A DNA stretch of 64,000 nucleotides from Azolla caroliniana (GCA_043228905.1 JBHGNT010000004.1:5456001-5520000), one strand, 5' to 3'. Positions 51,603-63,612 are shown, numbered from the stretch's first letter. Numbers and translations: made by a program. The notes: generated by a model from the letters alone, not told the origin.

Positions 51603-54600
51603 TCTAGACGATGACAGAGCGAATGGGCTTACGGAGGACTGGTTGAAGGTCGGAAGGGTGTGCCAACGGCTAGACAACGAGCGAGCCGAGAAGGCTAAGA
51701 GGAAGGTACGTGACGGCGTGCCATCACAACGGGAAGAGGCCGAACGGCAGAGAGAGTCGGCAAGGTTCGGCGTTGGGGCCAAGATTGCGGAGGCGTACGC
51801 AGCTCTCGAGGCGATGCTCGAGGAGGAGGAAAGACGGAGGCCGCAAGCCGAGACTGAGAAGACGGACTTGCCCCACGCGACGGCGGAAGATCGGTACGAC
51901 GGTACCACGAGAGAGGGTGCGGAACGAAACGCCCTCTCGACTTGCGGAGAAAAAACGGCCAAGGACGAGGCCGAGATATAGATCGCGGAACCGGAACGTT
52001 GGGACCAGCGGTTTCGGGCTTGTCAGACCGAGATCCCGGTCATTGGAGAAGCAAGCCGAGACGGGGCTTGCGCGATCGGTAAGAAGACGACCGCCGACCA
52101 CGAAGAGTCGGTGGCTACGGACAAGGGCATAAAACGGACGGGCGATTCTTTGTGTCTTCCCACACTTGCTCCCGGGACGATGGCAATCGGGCCCGAGTGC
52201 CCACGTGAGTCCCAAGCGGAGGAAGGCGGCGGCGAAAGGCCGAAAATCATCGGCGAGACGATACGGGGAAGGAGCGGATGAAAGACCACGGACCCAATTC
52301 CGGAGAACTCGGCATTCGGGCCCGTATGCCCATGTAAGACCGAGGAGATGGATGGCGGTACCGAGGAGTGTTGGCACGATGCCAACGAAGATGGATGGGA
52401 AACGGCCTGTGAGGAGGCCGAGGACGGAAGCGGCACGAGGAGATCGGCATTCCGATACGGGTGGAGCGTGATCCGGTCGTGGATTGTTCGATCGGGGCCG
52501 GATTCAGCATGAAAGTGCCGAAACAGAAGAGGGTGCGGGACGAGCCGCCCTCTTTTACATGGGGAGAAAGACCGATCGGGCGAAGGTCGAGAGTTGGAAG
52601 GAGAATGAAAGCCGGTCGTATGGAGTTCCTTACACTGATCCAGCTGCCGGCCCGAGTGCCGGCGTGAGTCCTATAAGATAGATCGGTGGCGACAGGAGAA
52701 CGGGACTTGGCGATACGGAGAATGACGAACGGACCCGAGCGAGAATCGGGCGGAGCGGACTCCCGGATGACCATTCCGGGAGGGAGGAAGAGAGCTGGCC
52801 TATGAAGAGGCCGAGGACACGGTACGTCGGTACCACGGGAGAGGGTGCGGAACAAAATGCCCTCTCGGCATGCGGAAAAGGACGACCCGGGACAGGGTCG
52901 GGAATACAAATCGGAGGCCCACGGAGGATCCTTCACACCGGTTCTAGAGACTTCGGCAATCGGCAACGCGGTCGATGTAAGACCAAGATACTGACGGTGG
53001 CGGCGAGGTGACGAAGGCAAAGGGGCTACGGATGGGCGGTCTACGGAGGATCCTTCACACCGGTTCTAGAGACTTCGGCAGTCGGCAACACGGTCGACAT
53101 AAGACCAAGATACTGACGGTGGCGGCGAGGTGACGAAGGCAAGGGCGTAAGGAAGTCCGGTCCTATGGGATCCCCACACTTAACCAGAGACTCCGGCAGT
53201 TCGGCCAACGTGGCAACATGAGACCGAGAGAGAAGGTTGGTGGCGTCGGGAAACGGGACCCGACTACGCGGAAGACACGAGGAGAGTCCGGGAGGGACTC
53301 AAACAAAAGACACCCGAATTTCGGCAAGCATAGAAACGGAGTCCGTTCCTATGGGACCCTCACACCGATCTGGAGACCCTGGCAGTCGGCAACGCGGTCG
53401 ACGTAAGACCAAGATACGGACGGTGGCGACAGGGAACGGGACCCGACGACACGAGGTTTCAAAAGGAGCCGGTAGGGGCAAACACGGGGAGGTGTGTCAG
53501 GCTGGAAAGGCACACCTGGGACAGAACAAGAGTCTCGCAAGTGGCCATCGCGGGCCGGATTGAAGCATGACTACGGGACGGTGTTCAGTGCGGGCGGGGC
53601 CGAACGAAGGAAGTGGAAGACGGCACAAGGGAGGTGCTGGGAACGAGGTGACAAGTGCCTAGTGGACTGCACAGGGTCGGGGTCAGGGGATGGCAAGAGA
53701 GGCCGGAGGAGGATCCTCCACACTCGCTTCGTAGATCTCGGTAGCTCCGTCGAAGTAGCGAAGACTGACACAACAAGCCAAGATGACAAGCTGGTGGGGC
53801 CGAGGGGACGACGGCAAACGGAAGACTCAGGACCTATTGCAGCAGCACGAAGATGGGAAGGGCCATGCGGGCTACTACGGGGTGCTCCTCGGATGCAAAG
53901 GACACCAGTATGCGAGGAGCGGCGATGCACGATCTGGCCGGAAAAGGGGCCGACAAGGCGTGCAATGAACCGGAGTACGATACAGGTAGTGCCAAACAAC
54001 GGACGAGGGTATGTGGCACACGGAGGTGCCGGAGCGGAAAGGCGAGTGTGGAGATAGGTTGCGCGGTTCGGAGGTAGCGCAGAGAAGGCCGGAAAGGGAT
54101 CCTCCACACTATTCCGGAGACCATGGCGGTTCGAGCCGACGCGGTGATGTAAGACCATGGAGAAGGAAGGCGGCGGCGAAAGGACGAGGGCAACGCGAAA
54201 CGACATGGGACGACAATCAGGACGACGCGAATGATCAACGGAGGCCAAGCGGGCCGCTACGGGCGTTCCTCAAACGGAGGACATTGGGCATACGGCGGGA
54301 AGCGGGGCGTTCATACGGCTGAACAAGGGCCAGCGGAAGTACGCGTACTACGGAGATTGCGGCAGAGGACCCATCGACGGGTCGAACGAGCCTACGGGGA
54401 GGTAAGCGCGAAGGAAGAATCGAAGCTGACGGATCAAACTGGCAGCGAGCCGGGATGCGGATCACGGAAGATCGGTTTCTCACCGGCCGAAACCTCTCAC
54501 CCTTCAACCGGACTTGGCACATACCGGTGGATGTGCAGTTAGGTGGGGTCGGATGTCGTGAAGAATTTTGGCCAGAGGCGGAAACCGGGAAACATTGGCT

Positions 54601-55302
54601 ACATCGGCGGGGTGCAGCGTGTGTACGCAACCATGTACATTTAGTGTGAATATCGAGGGCGCCTTTATGGCGCCAAAGAGTAGTCAAGTCGGGGCAGACG
54701 ATCCCATGTAAGGCGGCATTTGTCCCACATTGTAACGCATCCCTTTCCTTGTTCTATAAAAGGAAGGGAACGCCCTTTGTGAAGGTGTTGCCCATTTTGC
54801 ATTAGAGGGTATACCGTTAGGTTTAGAGTTAGTTTCTTCTTCTTCTCCCCCCTTCATGTTCGCTTAGGGTTGGCTGCAGCTCATCTCCTGTGCAAGACCC
54901 CGCTCGGCGCGACGAGCCCGAGAGCTCCCCGACGGCGGCTTGACAGCAGACGACTGTTGTAAGCTATCTTGGTCCGGCTCGAAGCCGGGAATGTATTCTT
55001 CTTATATATATATATACGTTTGCGTCTATCTATGTATACTCGCGTCTATGTTGGTGTCGGGTGTTTCCCCCCTTCCTGCGTTTCCTGTACATAAGGGCGT
55101 GAGGCGGGTCTGTGTGTGTGTGTGTGTGAGTGTGTGTGCGTGAGTCGGTGTTAATCTCTCTCTCTCTCTCCCTTCGGTTGCTTCCGGTGTGCTTCTGGGA
55201 TGCCCGAAAACGGTGAAGCACGTTTTCCTATGCTCCGTCACTCCCTAGTCCAAGACCCCCGTGGTCCCGCCTTTCTCCACGCACACGCGTAACAACGCGA
55301 CA
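51603..55302 (+). mobile_element. Non-autonomous GC-rich LTR retrotransposon, copy C2 (5' part deleted)
   Basis: Begins mid-gag (DDRANGLTEDW) and is colinear with C3. PPT GGTGGGGTCGGA, 3' LTR at 54554-55302. Confidence 0.88.
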
Positions 55303-56142
55303 GCGGTGACAAGCGCCAACGACAACGGCACCTACCATCTCGCGGAGCTCGATGGAACGAGAATAGTTGTGCCGGTGGCCGGGAAGAGGATCAAGGCATT
55401 CAAGAAGCGGCACGAGGACAAACCAGACCCAGAAGGCATGGGTAGCGATGATGACCGGTTCGGAGTGGGTAGCGAACCGGAGAGCTAAAGATAATTGTGG
55501 GCCGGTCTTCTCCAGCAGAAGTCTATTCTGGCGCATATCGGAGGATGCGCAGTTTGGTGGGGGCGGATGTCGTGGAGAAAACTGTGTGCGTGAACCGACC
55601 CTTACACACGGGCACATGTTTTGATATATTTACATAGTTAAGTATAGGTCGACGATGTCATTATCCTAGGTAGCACGAATTCACTAGGTAGGGAATTAAA
55701 GAGGATTTCTGTCCGAAAGGACAGAGAATAAAAGTGATGTAACAAGTTTGTAACGACTCTCCCTCGTGCTATAAAAGGAGAGGAAAAGGGGTTGAGTGGG
55801 GATCGCGCATTTGGAGGACGAATTGTTGTCGGACTGGGAACTGAGCTCTCTCCTCCACTATTGTTGTTGCTTCTACAGGGATTTTGGGTTGGGTTGGTTG
55901 CCTCTGCTACATGAAAGCCCGAGAGCTTCTGGTAGAGGCTCCATTTCTGTGTTGAGTCTCTCACTGACTTGCCGGTTGTAACATCGCAAGCTTTGTAATC
56001 TACACTGTTATTGGAATTGATTCTTTCATTTCTGTCTCTCTGTGTTTCTGCAAATCTCTCTCCCTCTTCTCTCTCACGCTCCTCGGTTCAGGGCCGTTGT
56101 AGTCCTGCCTTATTTCATACACAAGAGCGTAACAACACGACA
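55303..56142 (+). mobile_element. 3' end of pol-bearing gypsy element D, related to family C
   Basis: Integrase C-terminal-like NDNGTYHLAELDGTRIVVPVAGKRIKAF. Same PPT (TGGTGGGGGCGGA) and LTR termini TGTCGTG...CACGACA (LTR 55568-56142). Confidence 0.8.
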
Positions 56143-56232
56143 ACGTTACTTTGTAACCTTCATTGATGATTTCACTCAGCACACATGGGTATGCACGATC
56201 GCGAAGAAGAGCGAAGTCTTCGCATTCTTCAA
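56143..56232 (+). mobile_element. Ty1/copia integrase fragment
   Basis: RYFVTFIDDFTQHTWVCTIAKKSEVFAFFK. Confidence 0.75.
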
Positions 56233-56956
56233 GGAGACCGGTATTTTACGAAACTTGATCTCCATACGGGCTACCATCAAATTCGTATAAGTGAGGAAGA
56301 TGTTCCTAAAACGACATTTCGTATGCGATATGTCCATTATGAGTTTTTGGTCATGCCTCTTGGTTTGACCAATACTCCAGCCACATTTCAACAAGAAATG
56401 AATGACATTTTCCGAGAACAACTTGGAAAATTTGTCATTATTTTCTTGGATGATATTCTAGTTTATAGTCGTACGTTAGATGAACATGTCAAACATGTCC
56501 ACTTTGTTTTACAAACATTGCGTGACAAGCAATTCTATGTGAAGATCTCAAAATGTGAGTTCTTCAAGAAATCAATTACTTATCTTGGACATCTCATAAC
56601 CGAACAAAGAGTTGAAATTGATCCTTCTCGCATCGACAAAGTCAAACTTTGGCCCACTCTTCGGAATATTCGAGAAGTTCGATCATTCCTTGGTTTTGTT
56701 CGTAATTACTCCCAATTGACGATGCCGTTTACCAATCTTCTTAAAGGTCAAACGCGTAAGTCTCAAATCCTATTGTGTGGAATGCTACACCAGACCTCGC
56801 ATTTAAGGAACTCAAGGACTTGGTGTGCAAGGCTCCTTCACTTCTTTCCCAGATCCTTCAAAACCTTTTCAGGTTGAAACCGATGCAAGTGATTATGTTG
56901 TAGGTATTTTCTTGTATCAAGATGGTAAACCAATAGCATTTGAGAGTAAGAAACAT

Positions 56957-57546
56957 TGTCGTGAAGATTTCGGGCCATGGTGCGAAACCGGGGAAAATCG
57001 GGAGAATCAGCGGAGTGCACCGTGTGCACTTACCCTTGTAAAAATGTGTGAATAATAGGAGTTAAATCGGGACAGAGAATCCCATGTAAATCGGGATTTA
57101 TCCCACATTGTAACGCATCCCTCTCCTTGTTCTATAAAAGGAAGGGATGGTCCCTTGTAGAAGGGTTGCCCATTTTGAGTTAGGAGGGTATACCGTTAGA
57201 TTTAGGGTTAAGTAGTTTCTTTCTTCTTCTTCTTCTTCTTCTTCATCGTCGTCGTTGTTGTCGTCGTGTGGGGTGAGAGTTCATGTCTGTTTAGGGTTTG
57301 CTTCTGCTCGGTCGCCTGTGCAAGACCCCGCTCGGTGCGACAAGCCCGAGAGCTCCCTGTTCAGCGGCTTGGCAGCAAACTGTCATTGCAACCTACCCTA
57401 CCTTGGTCCGGCTCGAAGCCGGGGTTGTATCTCTTTCATTGTAATGTATACATATATGTTAGGTTGTGCACATCTGCGTTTCTGATGGTGTCAGGTGTTT
57501 CTGCCCCTTTTGTTTTCTGCACATAAGAGTCGGTGTTGCGCGCAAC

Positions 57547-57588
<42 letters not shown>

Positions 57589-60500
57589 CTCTCTCTCGTA
57601 TTCGGATGCCTCCGGGATGTGTCCAAAGTCGGTTTCTCGGCACTCCTTTCTCCCTAGTCCAAGACCCCCGTGGTCCCGTCCCTTCTACACGCACGCACGT
57701 AATAACGCGACATCTTTGGTGAACCCGACGTGAAGGGCAGAAAGGGAGAATGGAGTTGGAAGAAGATGACTTCGCACAACTTTTTGTCGAAGTGATGAGG
57801 GAGTTTGGACGAACAACAACGACAAGAGAGACGGCGCAACAAGCTATTGAGCGAGTGGTCGAAAGAGTTAGTTGTTTCAACGGGGACAAAGTCCTATTCT
57901 ACTTGGAAGCATACAACGTGGAAATGGAGGAGCGAGACGTAGACGAGGCATTGAGGTTGGAGTTCTTCTGTCAGGTCGTCGTCGTCTATATGCACGCGGA
58001 AGTGAAGGAGCTCCGAGGAGCTCATAGTTCGTGGGAGGCCTTCGAAGGGGCACTCCTGCAGGCATATGGAGGACGTCGGAAGAGCCGGGGACGACGTGGC
58101 TTCGACTAGTGGGTTGCATCCGTGAAGACCCATCGGGGCGCAACGAAGGCGTTCTGAAAGTTCGAGCGACGGCTTGCTTGGCTCCTAGAACGGGAGCAAG
58201 GTTTGGTGGGGGAGGACAAAGTCCTGTTGTTCGTTAGGTCAATCGACAGAGCGGAACGGGAGGCCATCGGGATTGAGCTCAAAGACGATGACGGAGCGAA
58301 TGGCCTTACGGAGGACTGGTCGAAGGTTGGAAGGGTATGCCAATGGCTAGATGACGAGCAAGCCGAGGAGGCTAAAAGGAAGGCACGCGATAGCGTGCCA
58401 TCATAGCGGGAAGAGGCCGAACGGCAAAGAGAGTCGGCAAGGCTCGACTTTGGGGCATGGATTGCGGAGGCGTACGCAGCTCTCGAGGCCATGCTCGAGG
58501 AAGAGGAAAGATCGAGGCCAGAAGGCGACGCCAAGGAGACGGACATGCCCCACAAGATGGCAAAGATCGGTACAACGGTACCATGGGAGAGGGTGCGGAA
58601 CAAAATGCCCTCTCGGATTGCGGAGATAGAATGGCCGAGGACAAGGCCGAGATACCGATCGCAAAATCGGAACGTTGGGACCGACGATTTCGGGCACGAC
58701 AGCCCGAGGCTCCGGACATTGGAGAAGCAAGCCCAAGCGGGGTTTCGGCGATCTATAAAGGGATGACCACCGACCATGAGGAGCCGGTGGCTACGGACAA
58801 GGGCGTAAAACGGACAGGCGATGCTTCACGTCTTTGCACACTTGCTCCTGAGACGATGGCAGTCGGGCCCGAGTGCCCACGTGAGTCCCAAGAGGAGGAA
58901 GGCAATGGCGTGAGACCGAGAATCACCGACGAGACGATACGGGGAAGGAACAAACAACAGCCCTCGGAACCGATTCCGGAGAACTTGGCATTTGGGCCTT
59001 TACGCCCACATGAGACCGAGGAGATGGATGACGGTATCGAGGAGTCCTGGAACGATGCCAACGAAGAAGGATGGGAGATGGCCTGCGAGAAGGTTGACGA
59101 AGATACCAGGGACCGAACCGCGTTGCGCTCCGATTCGGGTGGAGCGCGATCTGGTCATGGATTGTTTGACCAGGGCCAGAATCGGCATGAAGGTGCTGAC
59201 ACAGGAGAGGGTGCGGAACGAGCCGCCCTCTTTTACATGGGGAGAAAGACTGACTGGGCGAAGGTCGGGAATAGAAAGGAAGGTGATGATGGGTTCAGAA
59301 CGAGTCCGGTAGGATCGGCATCAGAGCCAAAACTCCGGACATTGGAGAATCAAGCCCAGGCGGGGCTTGATTGATCACATAGCGGATGCTATCCACCGAC
59401 ACCATTAAAAGGGTTGATGGTCTGGATGAGTCGTCGGGAGTCGTTACGAGAACGGCGTCCCCACATTTTTACCAGAGACTTCGGTAGTATGGTCGGCGTG
59501 GCAACGTGAGACCGAAAGAGATGGAAGATGGGGGCAGGAGCACAGAAAGGAGAGCAATGGCGAGTTTGGGAGAAGTACAAGGGACGAAGCGGAGAACGAA
59601 GACCGGTCCTATGGGTCACCTCACACCGGATCAAGGGACTTCGGCGGTCGGCATCGGATCCGACGTAAGACCAAGATACTGACAGTGGCGACAGGAGAAC
59701 GAAACCCGACAATCTAGAGAATGACGGACGGACATGGACGGGAACCGGGCGGGAACCGAGCGGGGCGGACATCCGAATAACCGATCCGGAAGAGGGGAGA
59801 GAACAGGCCTACGAAGAGGCCGAGAACACGGTATGTCGGTACCACAGGAGAGGGTGTGGAGGGAGCCACCCTCTTGACTTGCGGACAAAGACGACCCGAG
59901 ACAAGGGTCAGAGATACAGCAAGCCCAAGGAGGATCCTTCACACCAGTTCTAGAGACTCCAACTATCGGCCCGAGAGCTAGCGTGAGACCTAGAGTAACG
60001 AACGGTGGCGGCAAGGGGACAAAGGCAAAGGACTGAGGGTGGGCGGTCTGCGGAGATCCTCACACTGATCCAGCGGTCGGCCCGAGTGACGGCGTGAGTC
60101 CTATAGGAGAGATCGGTAGCGGCAGGTGAACGTGACCATCCGAAGAGGCCGATGTGGAGGTCGGGAAGACGGGAAGTGGTGCTGTAGTGACCTTACACAC
60201 TCCGGTAGCTGGCAACGAGGGCCGACGTGAGACCAAGAGGGAAGAACGGTGGTGGCGGCAAGGTGGGCAACTGAGACGGCAAAGGGGGGAGGTTCCACGG
60301 AGATCCTCACACCGATCCGGCAGTCGGCCCGAGAGCCGACATGAGTCCTATAGGAAAGGACGGTGGCGGCAAGAGAACGTGATCGAATGACGGGAAGCAG
60401 AACGAAAGGAGGTATGAGGCCGGCGAGGCGGCCACGAACCGGATGCGGGCCCGACCGGCAGGGTCAGCAAGACAAAGATCAGACGCACTTGGTACGAGAG

Positions 60501-62343
60501 TCGATGACCCAACAAATCAGAGGCCCGAGAAGGATCCTTCACACCTACCCGGAGACCCCGGTTGTTCGGCCGACGTGGCAACGTCAGACCGAGGGTAATG
60601 GAAGGTGGCGGCAAGGGGACGAAGGCAGCAACAATAGAAGTGCCGACCAACCAAAGCGTTATGTGAACGAAGGAGGCCATGCGGGCCGGTACATGGCAAG
60701 GGTGATCTCCCGGTAAGCTATCGGGGACACCTGGTTAAAGAGCGGTGTGCCGAGTTGGAAAGGGCACACCCGAAAGTGGAATGGAAGACGTGTGTATGGC
60801 CATCAAGGGCCAAGCAAAGCACATGTATGGAACAATGTTCGGTACAGATGCTACCGGACAAGGAGGGCGGAAGACGACACACGACGGTGCCGGGAACGAA
60901 AACACGTGCGCGCATAAACGGACTACGCGGGATGTAGATCGGAAACAAGATTGAGGGCCGGAGAAGGACCCTCCACTCCCACTTCGGAGATCTCGGCGGC
61001 TCAGAAGGAGTGGCAACGACTGACGTGGCATGCCAAACCCGAGATAACAAGTTGGTGGGGGCGAGGGGATGACGGCAAGCGGAAGGCTCAAAACCGGTGG
61101 CAGAATCGCAAGATGAAAGTGGCCAAGTGGGCTACTACGAGGTGTTCCTCGGCTGCGGAGGACAAAAGTATGCAGAGAAGTGGCAATGCACAATCTGGCA
61201 GGGCGAGGGCCGACGACGCGTGCATAGGACGAAACCGGGGTTCGGCATGGGCGGAGCCGAACAAGGGAAGGGAAATGCGCAACACGTGGAGGTGCCGGAG
61301 CGGGAACACCGGCACGGAGATAGGTTGCCAGTTCAGGTGATCTTGCGTAGAAGGCCGGAGAGGGATCCTCCACACTGGTTCTGGAGATCTTGGCAGTTCG
61401 CCCGCGGCAACGTAAGACCAAGGAGAAGGTAGGTGGTGGTGAGGGGACCAAGGCGATGGAGATCAGAGTGGAACGAGAACCAGGACGACGCGAAGGTCGA
61501 CAGAGGCCAAGCGGGCCATCACAAGTGCTCCTCGGACGGAGGACACCACATATTCAAAGGGATGAGAATCGTGCATATGGTCGAAGGAAGGGCCAACATG
61601 AAGCATGTGCACTACGGGATCGTGGCGAATGACCTATCGACGGGTCGAACCATCGTACGGAGAGGCAAACACGAAGAAGGAACCAGAGCTGGAATGCGGA
61701 TTATGGAAGAACGGTTCCTCACCGGCCGGAATCTCTCACACTTCTCCGAGCTTGGCATGTACCGGTGGACGTGCGGTTTGGTGGGGGCGGATGTTGTGAA
61801 GATTTCGGGCCATGGTGCGAAACCGGGGAAAATCGGGAGAATCAACGAAGTGCACTGTGTGCACTTACCCTTGTAAAAACGAGTGAATAATAGGATTTAA
61901 GTCGGGACAGAGAATCCCATGTAAATCGTGATTTATCCCACATTGTAACGCATCCCTCTCCTTGTTCTATAAAAGGAAGGGATGGTCCCTTGTAGAAGGG
62001 TTGCCCATTTTGAGTTAGGAGGGTATACCGTTAGATTTAGGGTTAAGTGGTTTCTTTCTTCTTCGTCTTCTTCTTCGTCGTTGTTGTCGTCATGTCGGGT
62101 GAGAGTTCATGTCTGTTTAGGGTTTGCTTCTGCTCAATCGCTTGTGCAAGACCCCGCTCGGCGCGACGAGCCCCAGAGCTCCCATTGCAACCTACCCTAC
62201 CTTGGTCCGGCTCGAAGCCGGGGTTGTATCTCTTTCATTGTAATGTATACATATATGTTAGGTTGTGCACATCCGCGTCTCTGATGGTGTCGGGTGTTTC
62301 TGCCCCTTTTGTTTTCTGCACATAAGAGTCAATGTTGTGCACA

Positions 62344-62399
<56 letters not shown>

Positions 62400-62511
62400 T
62401 TCGGTTGCCTCCAAGACGTGTCCAGAGTTGGTTTCTCAGCACCCCTTTCTCCCTAGTCCGAGACCCCCGTGGTCCCGCCCCTTCTACATGCACGCGCGTA
62501 ATAACGCGACA
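56957..62511 (+). mobile_element. Non-autonomous GC-rich LTR retrotransposon, copy C3
   Basis: LTRs at 56957-57712 and 61792-62511, 4-bp TSD ACAT, PBS TGGTGAACCCGACGTGAA at 57717 (tRNA-Trp) and a PPT. Has gag only. Confidence 0.93.
57750..58500 (+). pseudogene. Gag capsid-like protein of C3 (in-frame stops)
   Basis: FNGDKVLFYLEAYNVEM..RLEFF..WEAFEGALLQAY..DKVLLFVRSID..GLTEDW. Helical Ty3-type capsid pattern directly after the PBS. Confidence 0.65.
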
Positions 62512-63389
62512 ACATGATTATGCTCAGTGTCAGTATACCTTACAATAAAAGGAATTATTTGCAGTTATTCATGCGCTCAAGACATGGATGGCGCCATTAT
62601 CTTTATGGAAATCATTTTGTGGTAACTACAGACCACGAGTCCTTGAAATATTTTTGTGACCAACAAGACCTTAAAGGTCGTAAGGCACGATGGGCAGATC
62701 TCATCCAAGACTTTGATTTTTCCATATGATATCGTAAAGGTTGCATGAACACTGTCGTTGATGCACTATATCGCATTTGTGAAGTTAACATGCTTAGCTT
62801 CACTGAAATAACATCAGATCTTTATGATCACCTTCGAGGAAAGTATCTTGATGACAATTATTTTGCGAAATACTGGGCAAGAGTTGAGTTTGGACTTTGG
62901 AACAGACACTACCACATCCTCGAAGGAATACTTCCACATTGCTAACGATCTGCTCTACCGTAATGGGAAGGTTTATGTTTCAGATTTGCCTGAGGTCAAA
63001 AAGAGAATTTTTTTTAATGCCATGATGCACCCTCAGCAGGGCACCCTGGAATACATCGTACACTTGTTCTCCTCTCCACCCAATTCTATTGGCCTAAGAT
63101 GCGTCCTAACATACATAAATTATAGGGTGTTTAAGACAAAGGGTAATCTTACACTATATGAGGGCTTGACCAAACTGGTTAGATGGAGTTGTGACTCATA
63201 ATATATTATATAGATCAAGGTATCTACGAATTAGAGAGAGAGACTCAAGAAATTAAGAAAAAAGATAGAGAAGATGAGAAAGAGATAAGATTGTTATGAT
63301 ATTCCAATATCAAGACAATATAAAGGAGATAAACTCCACATTCAACTAAGAAACCAAAGACCTTCTTACTACCAATCACTCAAACCCAC

Positions 63390-63612
63390 AATTAAGACCC
63401 TTCCTCTACCACTAAGAGCCTTCTTCCTAATCCTCCTCCTCCTCTATTAGGATCCCCTCCTTCCACTAAGACCTTTCCCTAAGACTCCTCCTCCTCTATT
63501 AGGATCCCCCCTCCTCTATTAGGATCCCCTCCTTCCACTAAGACCTTTCCCTAAGACTCCTCCTCTATTAGGATCCCCCCTTTCACTATTAGGATCCCCT
63601 CCCCTTCTCTAT
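63390..63612. repeat. Irregular minisatellite
   Basis: Five copies of CTATTAGGATCCCC interleaved with CCACTAAGACCTTTCCCTAAGACT units. Confidence 0.8.

Larger units (their letters stand above)
56233..63110 (+). mobile_element. Ty3/gypsy pol remnant E (RT-RNase H-INT zinc finger), split by C3
   Basis: KLDLHTGYHQIR..FLDDILVYS and ETDASDY..IAFESKK, then HDYAQ..KELFAVIHALK after the TSD, TDHESLKY and HDAPSAGHPG..FYWP. Confidence 0.85.

Noticed and set aside
52629-52668. Three-way junction as a hammerhead ribozyme (CTGAT seen at 52635 and 60065)
   Set aside because: No CUGANGA/GAAA/UH core. The CTG is a P2 arm that becomes CCG in other copies.
52900-53420. Repeated units as a CRISPR-like array
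   Set aside because: The units are divergent and irregularly spaced, the intervening sequences are themselves homologous, there are no cas genes, and the context is eukaryotic.
51603-61790. GC-rich islands as bacterial contamination or horizontal transfer
   Set aside because: They are bounded by LTRs with PBS, PPT and TSDs and are cleanly inserted in plant retroelements.
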